DNA of 24,202 nt from a virus (IMGVR_UViG_3300012682_000229:1-24202); one strand, 5' to 3'; shown: positions 7,518 through 16,830, counted from the stretch's first letter. Program-made: numbers and translations. Notes: a model not told the origin generated them from the sequence alone.

Positions 7518-7738
7518 GGAAGCTTCATGCGGACCAGGGGACGTTCTACGCCCAGCAGATCGTATCCGCCGAAGACCTGGCCGCCATGTACCGGACGGCA
7601 ACCGTTCTGGTGGCGCTTGTGACGCTTACGAGCGACGGCATCACGGAAGGCTTGAAGGAAGAGACCTTGACGATGGCAGAGGGCCTTCTGTGGCAGTACG
7701 GCCAACTGAGCGATCCCGAGAGGAATTGGACCGAATGA
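7448..7738 (+). CDS. Hypothetical protein
   Basis: RBS GGAAGGGAG; the stop overlaps the next ATG (ATGA). Confidence 0.7.
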   Translation: MADSWTGDAGSTDINIGEYLGRVRKLHADQGTFYAQQIVSAEDLAAMYRTATVLVALVTLTSDGITEGLKEETLTMAEGLLWQYGQLSDPERNWTE

Positions 7739-8430
7739 GTGATCCCACACCGGAGACGACGATGAGCACGGCCCCGACCGGCCCGAGGGACATTACCGAA
7801 GCGATGGTCGAGGCAGGAGCAGAAGCACTTGGCTGGAATCCCCTTATTTGGAGCGCCGCCAAGACTCACGCGCGCGCCGTCATCAAGGCCGCTCTCGTCG
7901 CCACGTCCGAGCCGGATGGGTTGGCGGAAAGGGTTGATTATCTGTGGAAAGTTGGACAGGAAGATGGCTATGCCATTGGCCATGCCTGGATGGCGATTGA
8001 AGACATAAAGAAATCCATCACCGCCCACGACGCCGCGCTGGCGGAGATGCGGACTGAGTTTCAAGTCGAATTGCGTGGCGAAGTTGCCCGACTAGAACGA
8101 ATCCTTCCCGCCGTGACGGAGGATGCGGAAACGTGCTATCGCTGCCACGGAAAGGGGCGGTCAATGCTGGGCGATACCTGTCCGCGATGCCATGGCCAGG
8201 GGGTTGAGCCCGAGGCGGCTCCCAAGACGGCACTTGACGCACTGTACCGGGACGCCCAGTCGTGGGCACGACACTTCGCGCCCTGTGTCGAGGATGACAA
8301 CAACTGGTATCGGGGAGAGTCGAGCATTGACGGCAAGGATGCCGCTGAGATTGGAGAACTCTTTGCCGAAACCGTCCGCCTGATTCCCCTACTCAAAGCC
8401 GCCATCGCCAACACAACGGAGGATGAGTGA
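7735..8430 (+). CDS. Hypothetical protein with coiled coil and DnaJ-type zinc-finger repeats
   Basis: CYRCHGKG and CPRCHGQG (two CxxCxGxG); ATG 7735 is coupled to the previous stop. Confidence 0.75.
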   Translation: MSDPTPETTMSTAPTGPRDITEAMVEAGAEALGWNPLIWSAAKTHARAVIKAALVATSEPDGLAERVDYLWKVGQEDGYAIGHAWMAIEDIKKSITAHDAALAEMRTEFQVELRGEVARLERILPAVTEDAETCYRCHGKGRSMLGDTCPRCHGQGVEPEAAPKTALDALYRDAQSWARHFAPCVEDDNNWYRGESSIDGKDAAEIGELFAETVRLIPLLKAAIANTTEDE

Positions 8431-8729
8431 TGCTGTTCCCTTTGCAGTACCGCCTCAATGGCGACCCCGTGGATGCTGACGTGTACGCCGCCGCACTCGG
8501 GGTGCACGCTCACAGACTCCAGGACGAGAACGCCCGCCTCATCGCCGGCCTGGCAGCAGAGATGGATCGAGCAGCACGGCTCTCGCTCGAACTCATCCGG
8601 CTCGCCCACTGGATTGCCGATGAGTTCGGCGGACAGACGAACATAACCGACGCGGAAGCGGTGGCGTGGTCGTCACAGATCGACCCCGCCGACCTCGCCC
8701 ACGACACGACGGAAGGACAAAACCAATGA
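8427..8729 (+). CDS. Hypothetical protein
   Basis: RBS GGAGG; overlapping start/stop junctions at both ends. Confidence 0.7.
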   Translation: MMLFPLQYRLNGDPVDADVYAAALGVHAHRLQDENARLIAGLAAEMDRAARLSLELIRLAHWIADEFGGQTNITDAEAVAWSSQIDPADLAHDTTEGQNQ

Positions 8730-8875
8730 TCGACAGGCAGCGCATCAACGCTCTGGACGTTCTCTTGATGGTTGTGGCGATCATTGCGGTGAGCGCCATG
8801 CTTGTCGCATGGGACCTGAAAGGGAGAGTTGAAGAACTGGAACACTCTGTTGCCACGCTGGAGGCCACGCCATGA
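8726..8875 (+). CDS. Small membrane protein (TM plus short coiled coil)
   Basis: VLLMVVAIIAVSAMLVAW; ATGA coupling on both sides. Confidence 0.7.
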   Translation: MIDRQRINALDVLLMVVAIIAVSAMLVAWDLKGRVEELEHSVATLEATP

Positions 8876-9372
8876 CCGAGAACGAGTGGCCAACCAGCAC
8901 AAGAACGATGGTCAGTCCGAAGGAGCGCGAGCAGGATCAGGCGGCCCAGGCGTACACCGTCGACTTCGGGAGCGGCGTCGAGTACGACTCGGTGTTCGAC
9001 GTGCTGACCCTGAAGACGGGGGCGCACAGCGACCTCAGTATCCGGCCCGGGAAGCGGCTAGCGGACGTGATCGTGGCGGGCTTCGCGGCGATGGATGAGC
9101 GGGATGCCACTGAGGCGCGCTCAGTGGCTCCAGGAGCGGCGACATGCCCGTACTGCGGGAAAGCCATCCAGTGGGTACGCATCGGCGAGCGGTGGCACCC
9201 TACGGAGGCCAGAGCAAGCAAGCACGGCACGATCGTGATGGTTGCCGGCAAGGATGGTGCGGCCCGGATGCTGCTGCCGGGCGCCGAGCCGAGCGGGAAG
9301 ATGTACGAAAGCCACGTGGGCAAGTGCCCGGGTATGGCCGAGGGCGACAACCGCACGCTGGGACCAACCTGA
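8872..9372 (+). CDS. Hypothetical protein with a CxxC...HxxxC zinc-binding motif
   Basis: ATCPYCGKAIQW ... SHVGKCP. Confidence 0.7.
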   Translation: MTENEWPTSTRTMVSPKEREQDQAAQAYTVDFGSGVEYDSVFDVLTLKTGAHSDLSIRPGKRLADVIVAGFAAMDERDATEARSVAPGAATCPYCGKAIQWVRIGERWHPTEARASKHGTIVMVAGKDGAARMLLPGAEPSGKMYESHVGKCPGMAEGDNRTLGPT

Positions 9373-9581
9373 TGACCGATGTGTCCGAGACGAAGCTGCT
9401 ACGGGTCGCGGACGCCGCAAGGCAGGCCGGCGTACGGCCCGAAACCGTCTGGCGCTGGATACGCCAGGAACGGATACCGGCCAGCGCCGTCGTCCGCTTC
9501 GGGCCACGCACGGTGCGGCTGAACGCGGTCCGGTTCGCCGCCGTCCTGAAGGAACGCGAGACAGACCACTACACACCGTAA
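9372..9581 (+). CDS. Excisionase/MerR-like HTH DNA-binding protein
   Basis: LLRVADAARQAGVRPETVWRWIRQERIPA..VRFGPRTVRL; TGATG coupling. Confidence 0.85.
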   Translation: MTDVSETKLLRVADAARQAGVRPETVWRWIRQERIPASAVVRFGPRTVRLNAVRFAAVLKERETDHYTP

Positions 9582-9585
9582 ACAC

Positions 9586-9614
9586 TTGACAACTGGATAG
9601 AATACACGTATCAT
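9586..9614 (+). promoter_or_regulatory. Sigma70-type promoter, repeat copy 2
   Basis: TTGACA-17 bp-TATCAT; spacer begins ACTGGATA. Confidence 0.85.
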
Positions 9615-9664
9615 TGACGTACGGCGGGCGACACGGCAGCCCGTACCACAGGAAGGGCAACAGA

Positions 9665-10276
9665 ATGCCAGCATTCGATATCGAGATGTACGTTACCGTG
9701 CAGGATCGCCTTACGCGATTCTGGAGTGAGCATTCGGAAGGTGCGATTCGGACAACGCTTGAATCTCCTGTCGATGATTTCACCAAGTGCCGGTATAGAG
9801 CGGAGGCGTACAAGGATCGAAGTAGTGCGACGCCAGACGCAACCGGCTACGCATTCGAGTTCGCGGAACCAGGGGGCCGTGGGCCGAACGCGACCTCCCA
9901 CGAAGAGAATTGTGAAACTTCTGCGATCGGCCGTGCTCTCGCGAACATGGGGTACGCCACATCGCACGCGGATCGACCGAGCCGCGAAGAAATGCAAAAG
10001 GTGGCCCGCAGCAACGTAGCACGAGAGCCATCGAACCAGCCACGCCCTCAGCCGATACAGTCGAGCACCGGGAACATGGCCAGCGACCCGCAGATGGGCG
10101 CGATCTACGGCATCCAGAAGGGCATGAACTGGACCGATCAGCAGACCGGCGACCTCGCGCACAGCCTGTTCGGCGTCCGGGACACGGGCCGGAAAGGATC
10201 GCCCAACATCACGAAGGCGCAGGCGAGCCAACTGATCGAGGCGATGAACGCGGCCAAGGCTGCGGGAGGCCAGTAG
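9665..10276 (+). CDS. Putative single-strand annealing protein (Rad52/Sak-like superfamily)
   Basis: YVTVQDRLTRFW, ENCETSAIGRALANMGY and RPSREEMQKV match a widespread phage family. The annealase function is inferred. Confidence 0.55.
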   Translation: MPAFDIEMYVTVQDRLTRFWSEHSEGAIRTTLESPVDDFTKCRYRAEAYKDRSSATPDATGYAFEFAEPGGRGPNATSHEENCETSAIGRALANMGYATSHADRPSREEMQKVARSNVAREPSNQPRPQPIQSSTGNMASDPQMGAIYGIQKGMNWTDQQTGDLAHSLFGVRDTGRKGSPNITKAQASQLIEAMNAAKAAGGQ

Positions 10277-10771
10277 GTGGAGGACAGGAGGCAGGAACGG
10301 AGCAGCCGCCAGCGCAAACGGGCGCTGCGGCTCCAAGCGGCGGGCATGTGCGTGACGTGCGCGAAGCGGCCAGCAGACCGAGGAACGCAGGGCGGCATGA
10401 ACCAGTGCAATATCTGCCGGGTCCGTCAGGCGGAGCGTCGCACGGCGCTCTTGGCTTCGATCCGGAAGGAACGCAAGCACCCCCTGAAGTCCGAGGAACA
10501 GCAGCAGGCATCACGCGACGCCTCACGGGCACGCAAGCGCGCGTACCGGTTAGCCGGGGTATGCGGCCAGTGCGGCACACGTCCGGCCGTTGTCGGGCCG
10601 AAGGGTGGTTTGAGCTACTGTGCGCCGTGCCTGGAGCATCGCCGCAGGTTGGATCACGAACGCCATACGCGTCGCCAAGCCGCCCTCCAGAAGCAGCGGA
10701 AACGGGAGAAGCGGGCGCGTGAACGCAAGACCGCGCGTGAGGTCAGACGAGCGAAGGATCAGCAGCAATGA
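10277..10771 (+). CDS. Highly basic protein with two CxxC...CxxC zinc-finger repeats
   Basis: AGMCVTCAKRPA...CNIC and AGVCGQCGTRPA...CAPC; R/K-rich. Confidence 0.75.
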   Translation: MEDRRQERSSRQRKRALRLQAAGMCVTCAKRPADRGTQGGMNQCNICRVRQAERRTALLASIRKERKHPLKSEEQQQASRDASRARKRAYRLAGVCGQCGTRPAVVGPKGGLSYCAPCLEHRRRLDHERHTRRQAALQKQRKREKRARERKTAREVRRAKDQQQ

Positions 10772-11013
10772 GCCAGTACTTCGACTGCCCGGTGTGTGAT
10801 GCGTCGAAAAGTATCCGCGTGGACGTGAGCAACCAATGTGACGAGGACGATGTCTTCTCGTGCACGGTGACCATGAACCCGCCATCCTGCGGGTGTGACG
10901 TTTCCATTACCGACTGGAATCGCATTTGGCGGTCCGTCGATATGCACGAAAAGGTGCCGAAGGTTTATACGTACAAAGTTCCGTACACGCTAGAGGAAGG
11001 AACTCAACCGTGA
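10768..11013 (+). CDS. Small Cys-rich protein
   Basis: CPVC ... CGC; coupled overlaps at both ends. Confidence 0.65.
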   Translation: MSQYFDCPVCDASKSIRVDVSNQCDEDDVFSCTVTMNPPSCGCDVSITDWNRIWRSVDMHEKVPKVYTYKVPYTLEEGTQP

Positions 11014-11306
11014 GCACACGGGATGACGTGGCGATCAGCGGGGCCGACAAGATCGAGACGCGCGGCGACCTCTACCGCAGGATAGGGGTAGCAAGGCAGA
11101 ATCTCCAGGTGGTCCAGCAGACGGTCCACCGCATCTTCCACCACCACCTGCCCGGCCAGCACACCCCCGCGACTTGCCCGATGGAGAGTTGCGTCTGGAT
11201 GCGCGCGTATATAGACGCCTGGCCGGGCATTTACGAAATCATGGAGTTGGCCTCGGAAGAATCACAAGCGGCGAAAAGGGGGGCCAACCATGAGCACACA
11301 GGATGA
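11010..11306 (+). CDS. Hypothetical protein, paralog A of a tandem pair
   Basis: GTG 11010 with RBS GAGGAAGG; MSTRDDVAIS...VVQQTVHRIFHH...ATCPMESC. Confidence 0.75.
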   Translation: MSTRDDVAISGADKIETRGDLYRRIGVARQNLQVVQQTVHRIFHHHLPGQHTPATCPMESCVWMRAYIDAWPGIYEIMELASEESQAAKRGANHEHTG

Positions 11307-11625
11307 CGTGGCGATCAGCGCGGACGACATGGCGGAGACGCGCCGGGGCCTCGCCCGACGGATGGCCGTGGCAACCCGGAATATCCGGGTGGTCCAGCAG
11401 ACGGCCCACCGGCTCTACCACCACGAGAAGCACACGATGGCGACCTGCCCGATGGAGAGTTGCATACTGATGGGTATCGCGTTACGGGCGTTGCCGACCA
11501 GTGGCGAAATACTGGCACAGGCACAGGCGGAGTCAGCGGATGCACGGGCGGAGAAGATCGACGGGCGCCGCAGCCCCAAAACGCAAACGTCCACAGGCGT
11601 ACGGCGAACACCTGTGGACGTCTGA
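11290..11625 (+). CDS. Hypothetical protein, paralog B of a tandem pair
   Basis: MSTQDDVAIS...VVQQTAHRLYHH...ATCPMESC. Confidence 0.75.
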   Translation: MSTQDDVAISADDMAETRRGLARRMAVATRNIRVVQQTAHRLYHHEKHTMATCPMESCILMGIALRALPTSGEILAQAQAESADARAEKIDGRRSPKTQTSTGVRRTPVDV

Positions 11626-11769
11626 AACCCGGAACGAACGGCGAGGAACGACGCGCCGGCGCTCAACGGGGCGGCTCATCACCGCCACGTGATCGTACGC
11701 GAGACCACGAGCGCCGGGCAAACAGGACGGGACGGATTGACCCATGAAATACCAGACACGGAAAGCGCG

Positions 11770-12618
11770 ATGAGCGGCAAGTTTCGCCTGACCGACATGC
11801 TGGCAGAATCGGCCCCGCTCGAACTCGACATCGGCGAGGATATCAAGCACGTTGCGACCTACGGCGTGCGGTGGGATATCCAGCACGTCGTGGACTACGT
11901 CCGCGATATCATGCTCGATCTTGGCACGGACAGGATTGACATGCTGGAGACGGGACTCATCAGAGAGGGCATGCCGTCCATCCCGCCGTTCAGCGACATG
12001 GTGATGGAATTCGACATGCTTACGGCTGACCGGAAGAACACGCTCCGCAGCTTCATCGGTATCCATCAGTTGGCAGCAGAGTTCGTGCCCGAGCAGTATC
12101 GACCGGGATCGACGTTCGTCGCCTACCACTGCTACGACGCTCAACTCACGCGTCAGGGGATAACGCACGTATCCACGCCGGCATGCATCCAATGGGTGTT
12201 CAATCCCCAAGGAACGGTCAGCGCCCAGCGCGAGTTTCTCACTGAAGACATAAGTGGAGATGACGTGGCTGCGAACTTCGGTGTGGCAACGTTGGCGCTG
12301 ACGTTTAGCCACTGCCGGAACGTGGAGGTGGTCGACCGGCTGCCATCGCGCCAGGAACGGCGCGAGCTGGACCGGCAGGGCAAGCCGGTTCGGAAGTGGG
12401 GAGAGATTGTGATCGACCCGGCACGGACGCGCTTCCAGCCGCAGGACGCGACGGAGCGGTTGGCGGGCGATCACCCAGCCCGCATCCAGCACCTGTGCCG
12501 TGGGCACTTCGCCCAGTACAGCGCCGAGCGGCCGTTGTTCGGCAGGCACGTCGGGACCTTCTGGGTGCCGCCGCACGTGCGCGGGAGCGATGAGGTTGGC
12601 ACGAAGGGGAACGACTAA
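11770..12618 (+). CDS. Conserved phage hypothetical protein (C-terminal HxxRGH...WVxPHxRG motif)
   Basis: HLCRGHFAQY...FWVPPHVRG; the start may be GTG 11689. Confidence 0.7.
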   Translation: MSGKFRLTDMLAESAPLELDIGEDIKHVATYGVRWDIQHVVDYVRDIMLDLGTDRIDMLETGLIREGMPSIPPFSDMVMEFDMLTADRKNTLRSFIGIHQLAAEFVPEQYRPGSTFVAYHCYDAQLTRQGITHVSTPACIQWVFNPQGTVSAQREFLTEDISGDDVAANFGVATLALTFSHCRNVEVVDRLPSRQERRELDRQGKPVRKWGEIVIDPARTRFQPQDATERLAGDHPARIQHLCRGHFAQYSAERPLFGRHVGTFWVPPHVRGSDEVGTKGND

Positions 12619-12685
12619 GGGGTGAAGGCCAGGCGAGACAGCGGCGGCGGGAAACCGACACGATGATATTGGGAGGAACGCGATC

Positions 12686-13006
12686 ATGAGACACGCACTG
12701 AATGCGTCTCTGGAATATAGCGATTATTGGGCGAACGATGGCCCCTGCGATGTTTTAAGCTGCCCTGAATGTGGTGACAGGTTTACGCACCTGGAAGTGA
12801 CGGAGGTGTTTCAGCGGCCCGAAGATGGCGAAACCCAATCCGTGATGGTCGGCGCCGCGGTCGGGGTGATTCAGGGACCGTCGGATGTGAACCCATCGCC
12901 GCGCCGGGACGCGGTCATGTTGCACTTCAGGGGCGAATGCGGCCACACGTTCGCGGTGACGTTCATGCAACACAAGGGGGAAACATTCATCTGGACCGAC
13001 GAATAG
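12686..13006 (+). CDS. Zinc-ribbon-like hypothetical protein
   Basis: LSCPECG..FTH ... GECGH; RBS GGGAGG. Confidence 0.75.
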   Translation: MRHALNASLEYSDYWANDGPCDVLSCPECGDRFTHLEVTEVFQRPEDGETQSVMVGAAVGVIQGPSDVNPSPRRDAVMLHFRGECGHTFAVTFMQHKGETFIWTDE

Positions 13007-13098
13007 CGTATAGTAGAGTCAACCGAAATGACGGAACCCCGAGGCGCGCAAACGCTTCGAGGCTCCTGACGATCACCTTGACTGGAAAGGCAATCGCT

Positions 13099-13203
13099 AT
13101 GACTATATTGTACCCCACTCCCGTGCATCCGCACACGAACGATCCACCCCAAACAATCGAATACGCTTTCCTGGTCCAAACGGAACGGGAGGCAGGCGCA
13201 TGA
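13099..13203 (+). CDS. 34-aa leader ORF coupled to the replication initiator
   Basis: RBS GGAAAGG; the stop overlaps the initiator ATG (ATGA at 13200-13203). Confidence 0.45.
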   Translation: MTILYPTPVHPHTNDPPQTIEYAFLVQTEREAGA

Positions 13204-14051
13204 GCGTCAAGCTCCTCGAATTGATTGCCGACCTGACCGGGAAAGACCGAACAGTCACCTTCCCGAAAGCCTACGTGGAATGGCTCAAGGGCGACTATGT
13301 CGCAGCGGTCGTCCTGAACGAAGTGGTCTGGTGGACCCGGATCAGCTACGACAAGGGGCGCGAAGGTTGGTTCTACCGGAGTGAGGTCGAATGGCTGGAA
13401 GAGAAGGGCCTGAGCCGGAAGCAAGTCGTTCGTTCCGTGACCGCGATCAACGCCACTGCCGGGACGATACCGCTTATCGAGCGGATGACAAAACGCGCCA
13501 ACGGCAGTCCGACGATGCACTTCCGACTGAACGCCAGCGTGTTTGCGGACCTGGTTGAGGGCGAATGGAAACTGCCCAAAGGGCAAAAACCAACCTTCCC
13601 AAACGGCAGTTTCCATAGTGCCCAAACGGCAGAATCATTAACAGAGAGTACGACAGAGAAGACTACAGAGACTTTTGGCGCAAGCGCCACAACGCCAACG
13701 GCTACGCCAACGAGCAAGCGGGCAACTCAGGTAGCATCGGACTGGGCGCTAAACGAATCGCTCAGGGCGTGGTGTGCGGGCAAGGGCTATGGCGACCACG
13801 ACGTGGCGCGGGAGGCGGAGAAGTTCGTCAACCACTACACAGCCACAGGGGGCGTATTCAAGGACTGGTCAGCAGCCTTCAGGACGTGGATGGGGAAAGC
13901 CGAGAGTTACGGCCACATCAAACCCGCCAGACAGGCGATGAACCCAAGCGCGCGTGTGGACTCGATGGGTCGGCCGCTCCCCACGGCGGAAGAGCAGGCG
14001 GACCTTCACCGCCGCCACATCGAAGGGATCAGCGCACCATGGAAACCGTAG
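13200..14051 (+). CDS. Phage replication initiator/replisome organizer (N-terminal wHTH, internal iterons)
   Basis: AAVVLNEVVWW...GWFYRSEVEW..EKGLSRKQV wHTH; T-rich linker; C-terminal FVNHY...KDWSAAFRTW; lies immediately before the primase-helicase. Confidence 0.8.
   Translation: MSVKLLELIADLTGKDRTVTFPKAYVEWLKGDYVAAVVLNEVVWWTRISYDKGREGWFYRSEVEWLEEKGLSRKQVVRSVTAINATAGTIPLIERMTKRANGSPTMHFRLNASVFADLVEGEWKLPKGQKPTFPNGSFHSAQTAESLTESTTEKTTETFGASATTPTATPTSKRATQVASDWALNESLRAWCAGKGYGDHDVAREAEKFVNHYTATGGVFKDWSAAFRTWMGKAESYGHIKPARQAMNPSARVDSMGRPLPTAEEQADLHRRHIEGISAPWKP
13565..13632. repeat. Iteron array, putative replication origin
   Basis: CCCAAA(G/C)GGCA at 13575, 13598 and 13621 (23-bp period); perfect 12-bp inverted repeat ATGGAAACTGCC (13565-13576)/GGCAGTTTCCAT (13605-13616). 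Confidence 0.7.
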
Positions 14052-15757
14052 AGCGTGAGACATGGGGCGACCTCGGCATCCACGTCCGCGGCAACGCATC
14101 CAAGACCGTCTGCCCCAAGTGCAGCCAGACGTCCCGGCACAAGAACCGCACCGACCTGAGCCTCGACCTGCGCAAGGGCTTCTACAACTGCCACAACGAC
14201 GGCTGCGACTTCCGGGGGCGGCTCCGCGGCTGGAGCGATGCCGGCGACAACGACTGGCGCTTCAACGCCAAGCAGTACGTTCCGCCGCCGGTGCCGACCG
14301 AGCGCACCCTGGGTCCACGGGCACAGAAGTTCCTCCAGGACCGGTCGATCAATCCCACGATTGCCGCGACCCGCTACAAGCTCTGGTCGACCTACCGCGA
14401 CGGCAGGGAAGCCGGGATCGCCATCCCCTACCTGCGGGGCGATGAGATTGTCCACATCAAGTACCGGGCGATTGACGAGAAGAAGTTTTACTCCAGCGCG
14501 GACAGTGAGCCGATCTTCTACAACCTGAACGGGGCGGAGGGCGCCGAGACGGTCTACCTTTGCGAAGGCGAGTTCGAGGTACTGGCGCTGGCAACGGCGG
14601 GCATCCATACCGGGATGAGCGTTCCCAACGGGGCGCCCGGCGTGAACCAGGACGGAAGCGTGCAGGAGGCGGGCCGGAAGCTCGACTGCATGGCCTCCGG
14701 CGAGACGATCCTGAACAACGCCCGCAAGATCGTCCTGGCGATGGATGCCGATAGGCCCGGCCAGGTGCTGCGGGATGAGTTCGTGCGCCGGCTCGGCAAG
14801 ACCAGGACGCACATCATCGAGTGGCCGGATGGCTGCAAGGACGGCAACGACACGCTGAAGGAGTTCGGCGTCGACCTGTACCGGGAGATAGTCGAGGACG
14901 CGGCGCCCGTCCCGGTTGACGGCATCACCTACGCGATGGACGTCTTCGAGAGCGTCTGGGACGAGCGTCAGTCATCAACGCATCGGGGGCGGGAGGTGAA
15001 CCGCTGGCGGGACTTCAGCAGCCTGTTCCGAATGGGTGAAGGCCAGTTGACGATCGTTACTGGTATACCATCATCTGGGAAAAGTCACTGGATGCGGGCG
15101 TACATGATCAACCTCAGCGAAGTGCACGACTTCCGGGTGGCCATGTTCCCGCCCGAGGACGGGACGCCAACGACGTTCTTCTCCAAGCTGATGCGGATGA
15201 AGGTGCCGTTCTTCCACGAGATGCCCGAGGCGTACAAGGACGCAGCGTATGAGACGGCGGCATGGGTCCATGACCACATCGTGCATATCAACCCTAAGAC
15301 GCGGACCGTTCCGGAGATTATCGACCTGGCCAAGGTGCTGATCTTTCGCCACGGCATCAAGGCGTTAGTGGTCGACCCGTGGACCGAGGTTCGTTACCTC
15401 GATTGGTCAACCACCCCGGATCACATCCAGATCGCGAACGCGCTGTCGGACCTACAGGGGTTTGCCCAGGAGTACGGATTGGCGATCTTTATCGTGGCTC
15501 ACCCGACGAAGGAGAGTGGCAAGGATACTGGCCCGATCGGCATGTACGGCGTCCGGGGCACCGCGACCTGGGCAGATAAGGCCGACCGGTTCATCTCAAT
15601 CTACCGCGACACGGAGATTGAGAACAACACGACGGTGGAAATCCACGTCCTGAAGACCCGCGAGGAGGCGTTCGGCCGGAACGGGCAGATCAGCATGAGC
15701 ATGGACCCCACCACCAGGAACTATGTCGAGATCGAGCGGAGCGTCGTGTACAAGTGA
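14039..15757 (+). CDS. Bifunctional primase-helicase (T7 gp4/Twinkle type)
   Basis: Zn finger CPKC...CHNDGC; TOPRIM LCEGEFE, AMDAD, KDGND; SF4 helicase Walker A GIPSSGKS, Walker B LVVDPW, IVAHP. Confidence 0.93.
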   Translation: METVERETWGDLGIHVRGNASKTVCPKCSQTSRHKNRTDLSLDLRKGFYNCHNDGCDFRGRLRGWSDAGDNDWRFNAKQYVPPPVPTERTLGPRAQKFLQDRSINPTIAATRYKLWSTYRDGREAGIAIPYLRGDEIVHIKYRAIDEKKFYSSADSEPIFYNLNGAEGAETVYLCEGEFEVLALATAGIHTGMSVPNGAPGVNQDGSVQEAGRKLDCMASGETILNNARKIVLAMDADRPGQVLRDEFVRRLGKTRTHIIEWPDGCKDGNDTLKEFGVDLYREIVEDAAPVPVDGITYAMDVFESVWDERQSSTHRGREVNRWRDFSSLFRMGEGQLTIVTGIPSSGKSHWMRAYMINLSEVHDFRVAMFPPEDGTPTTFFSKLMRMKVPFFHEMPEAYKDAAYETAAWVHDHIVHINPKTRTVPEIIDLAKVLIFRHGIKALVVDPWTEVRYLDWSTTPDHIQIANALSDLQGFAQEYGLAIFIVAHPTKESGKDTGPIGMYGVRGTATWADKADRFISIYRDTEIENNTTVEIHVLKTREEAFGRNGQISMSMDPTTRNYVEIERSVVYK

Positions 15758-15770
15758 CCGGAGCAGGAGA

Positions 15771-16007
15771 ATGGTAAGGATGAGCCCCGTGCAAAAGGCG
15801 AACCAGATCAAAACTGTCCGGACCGTAGAGGCCCGGTTGAACAAAGGATGGGACTGGCTGAAGGCGAGTCCGGATCATGCCGAGTTCAGGCACCATGAGG
15901 ACCGATGGATCGACCTGTTGCATCAGTACGAAGATGCTGCCAACCCGGAGTACGACCGAGCCGTGCACGCGGCGTGGATCAAGGAACAGACCGGAAGGAC
16001 GCTATGA
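15771..16007 (+). CDS. Hypothetical protein
   Basis: RBS AGGAG; the stop overlaps the next ATG. Confidence 0.65.
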   Translation: MVRMSPVQKANQIKTVRTVEARLNKGWDWLKASPDHAEFRHHEDRWIDLLHQYEDAANPEYDRAVHAAWIKEQTGRTL

Positions 16008-16453
16008 ACCAGGAACTACGCGAGACCATAAGCGACCGCAATATCCCTTCGCTCAGCCTGCTGGTCGACCAGCTCACTATGCGAATCGAATGGGCGGAGA
16101 TGCTGGGATGTGACGATGAATGCGCCGCCCTGCGATCTGCCCGCGAAACGATTGTTGGCTACGCGCTCGGAATTCCACAAGCACGCGTATCCATGCCTGT
16201 GGAATTCCACGAGCGGCCAGGAGGCACGAGAGGGACCAGCACGATGACCGATGACACCTACACGACAGGCGAGCGCGTCTCCATCAACGCCGTGGCGTTC
16301 CAGCCCGACGAAACCGGCGTGGTCACGGACCCGGCGAACGGGAACCCCACCTTCACCGTCACAGTGCTGACGGATCGGGAAGACTGCCGCTACCCGTTCC
16401 GCCCGGACGAACTCAGCCGGGCGCCGCTCAGCAGTGCCGAGGGCGACGCATGA
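16004..16453 (+). CDS. Hypothetical protein, possibly two fused units (internal start at 16244)
   Basis: ATGA coupling at both ends; helical N-half and beta-rich C-half. Confidence 0.6.
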   Translation: MNQELRETISDRNIPSLSLLVDQLTMRIEWAEMLGCDDECAALRSARETIVGYALGIPQARVSMPVEFHERPGGTRGTSTMTDDTYTTGERVSINAVAFQPDETGVVTDPANGNPTFTVTVLTDREDCRYPFRPDELSRAPLSSAEGDA

Positions 16454-16830
16454 GCGATCCCGCCGGCTTCCCGCCGAACCTCGTCCGGGACAACGCCACG
16501 GAGCAGGCGTGGATGAACGCGGTTATCGAAATGGCGGAGTGGCTGGGCTACACCGTTCACCATGAAACGGATTCACGGAAGACGAACCCAGGCTACCCCG
16601 ACATCACCGCCGTTCATCCCGTCCACGGTTGTGTGTGGTTCGAGACGAAGCGCCAGACGCGGCCGGCGTCCTACACGGCCGAGCAGCGGCACTGGATCGC
16701 CACTCTGCAGGCCAGCGGGCAGGTCGCGGCGGTGATCCAGCCCAGCGACGGCGATTGGGTGGAAGCGGTGCTGCGGGGCGAGACCAGGGATATCCCGATC
16801 CATCGTCAAGAACACTTGACAACAGGATAG
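16450..16830 (+). CDS. VRR-NUC-like PD-(D/E)xK nuclease
   Basis: TEQAW...GYPDITAV...WFETK...TAEQRHW. Confidence 0.85.
   Translation: MSDPAGFPPNLVRDNATEQAWMNAVIEMAEWLGYTVHHETDSRKTNPGYPDITAVHPVHGCVWFETKRQTRPASYTAEQRHWIATLQASGQVAAVIQPSDGDWVEAVLRGETRDIPIHRQEHLTTG

Noticed and set aside
8231-8240. CACTTGACGC as another promoter copy
   Set aside because: It is inside a CDS and lacks the GGAT spacer motif and a -10 box.
9372-9581. Excisionase-like HTH as proof of a temperate lifestyle
   Set aside because: No integrase, attP or CI-like repressor is in the window; such HTHs are often plain regulators.
13769-14038. N-terminal extensions in the ORF track (primase-helicase from 13769; also 127, 2124, 4933, 7369, 21228, 22376)
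   Set aside because: They overlap upstream genes; downstream starts have an RBS or stop/start coupling.
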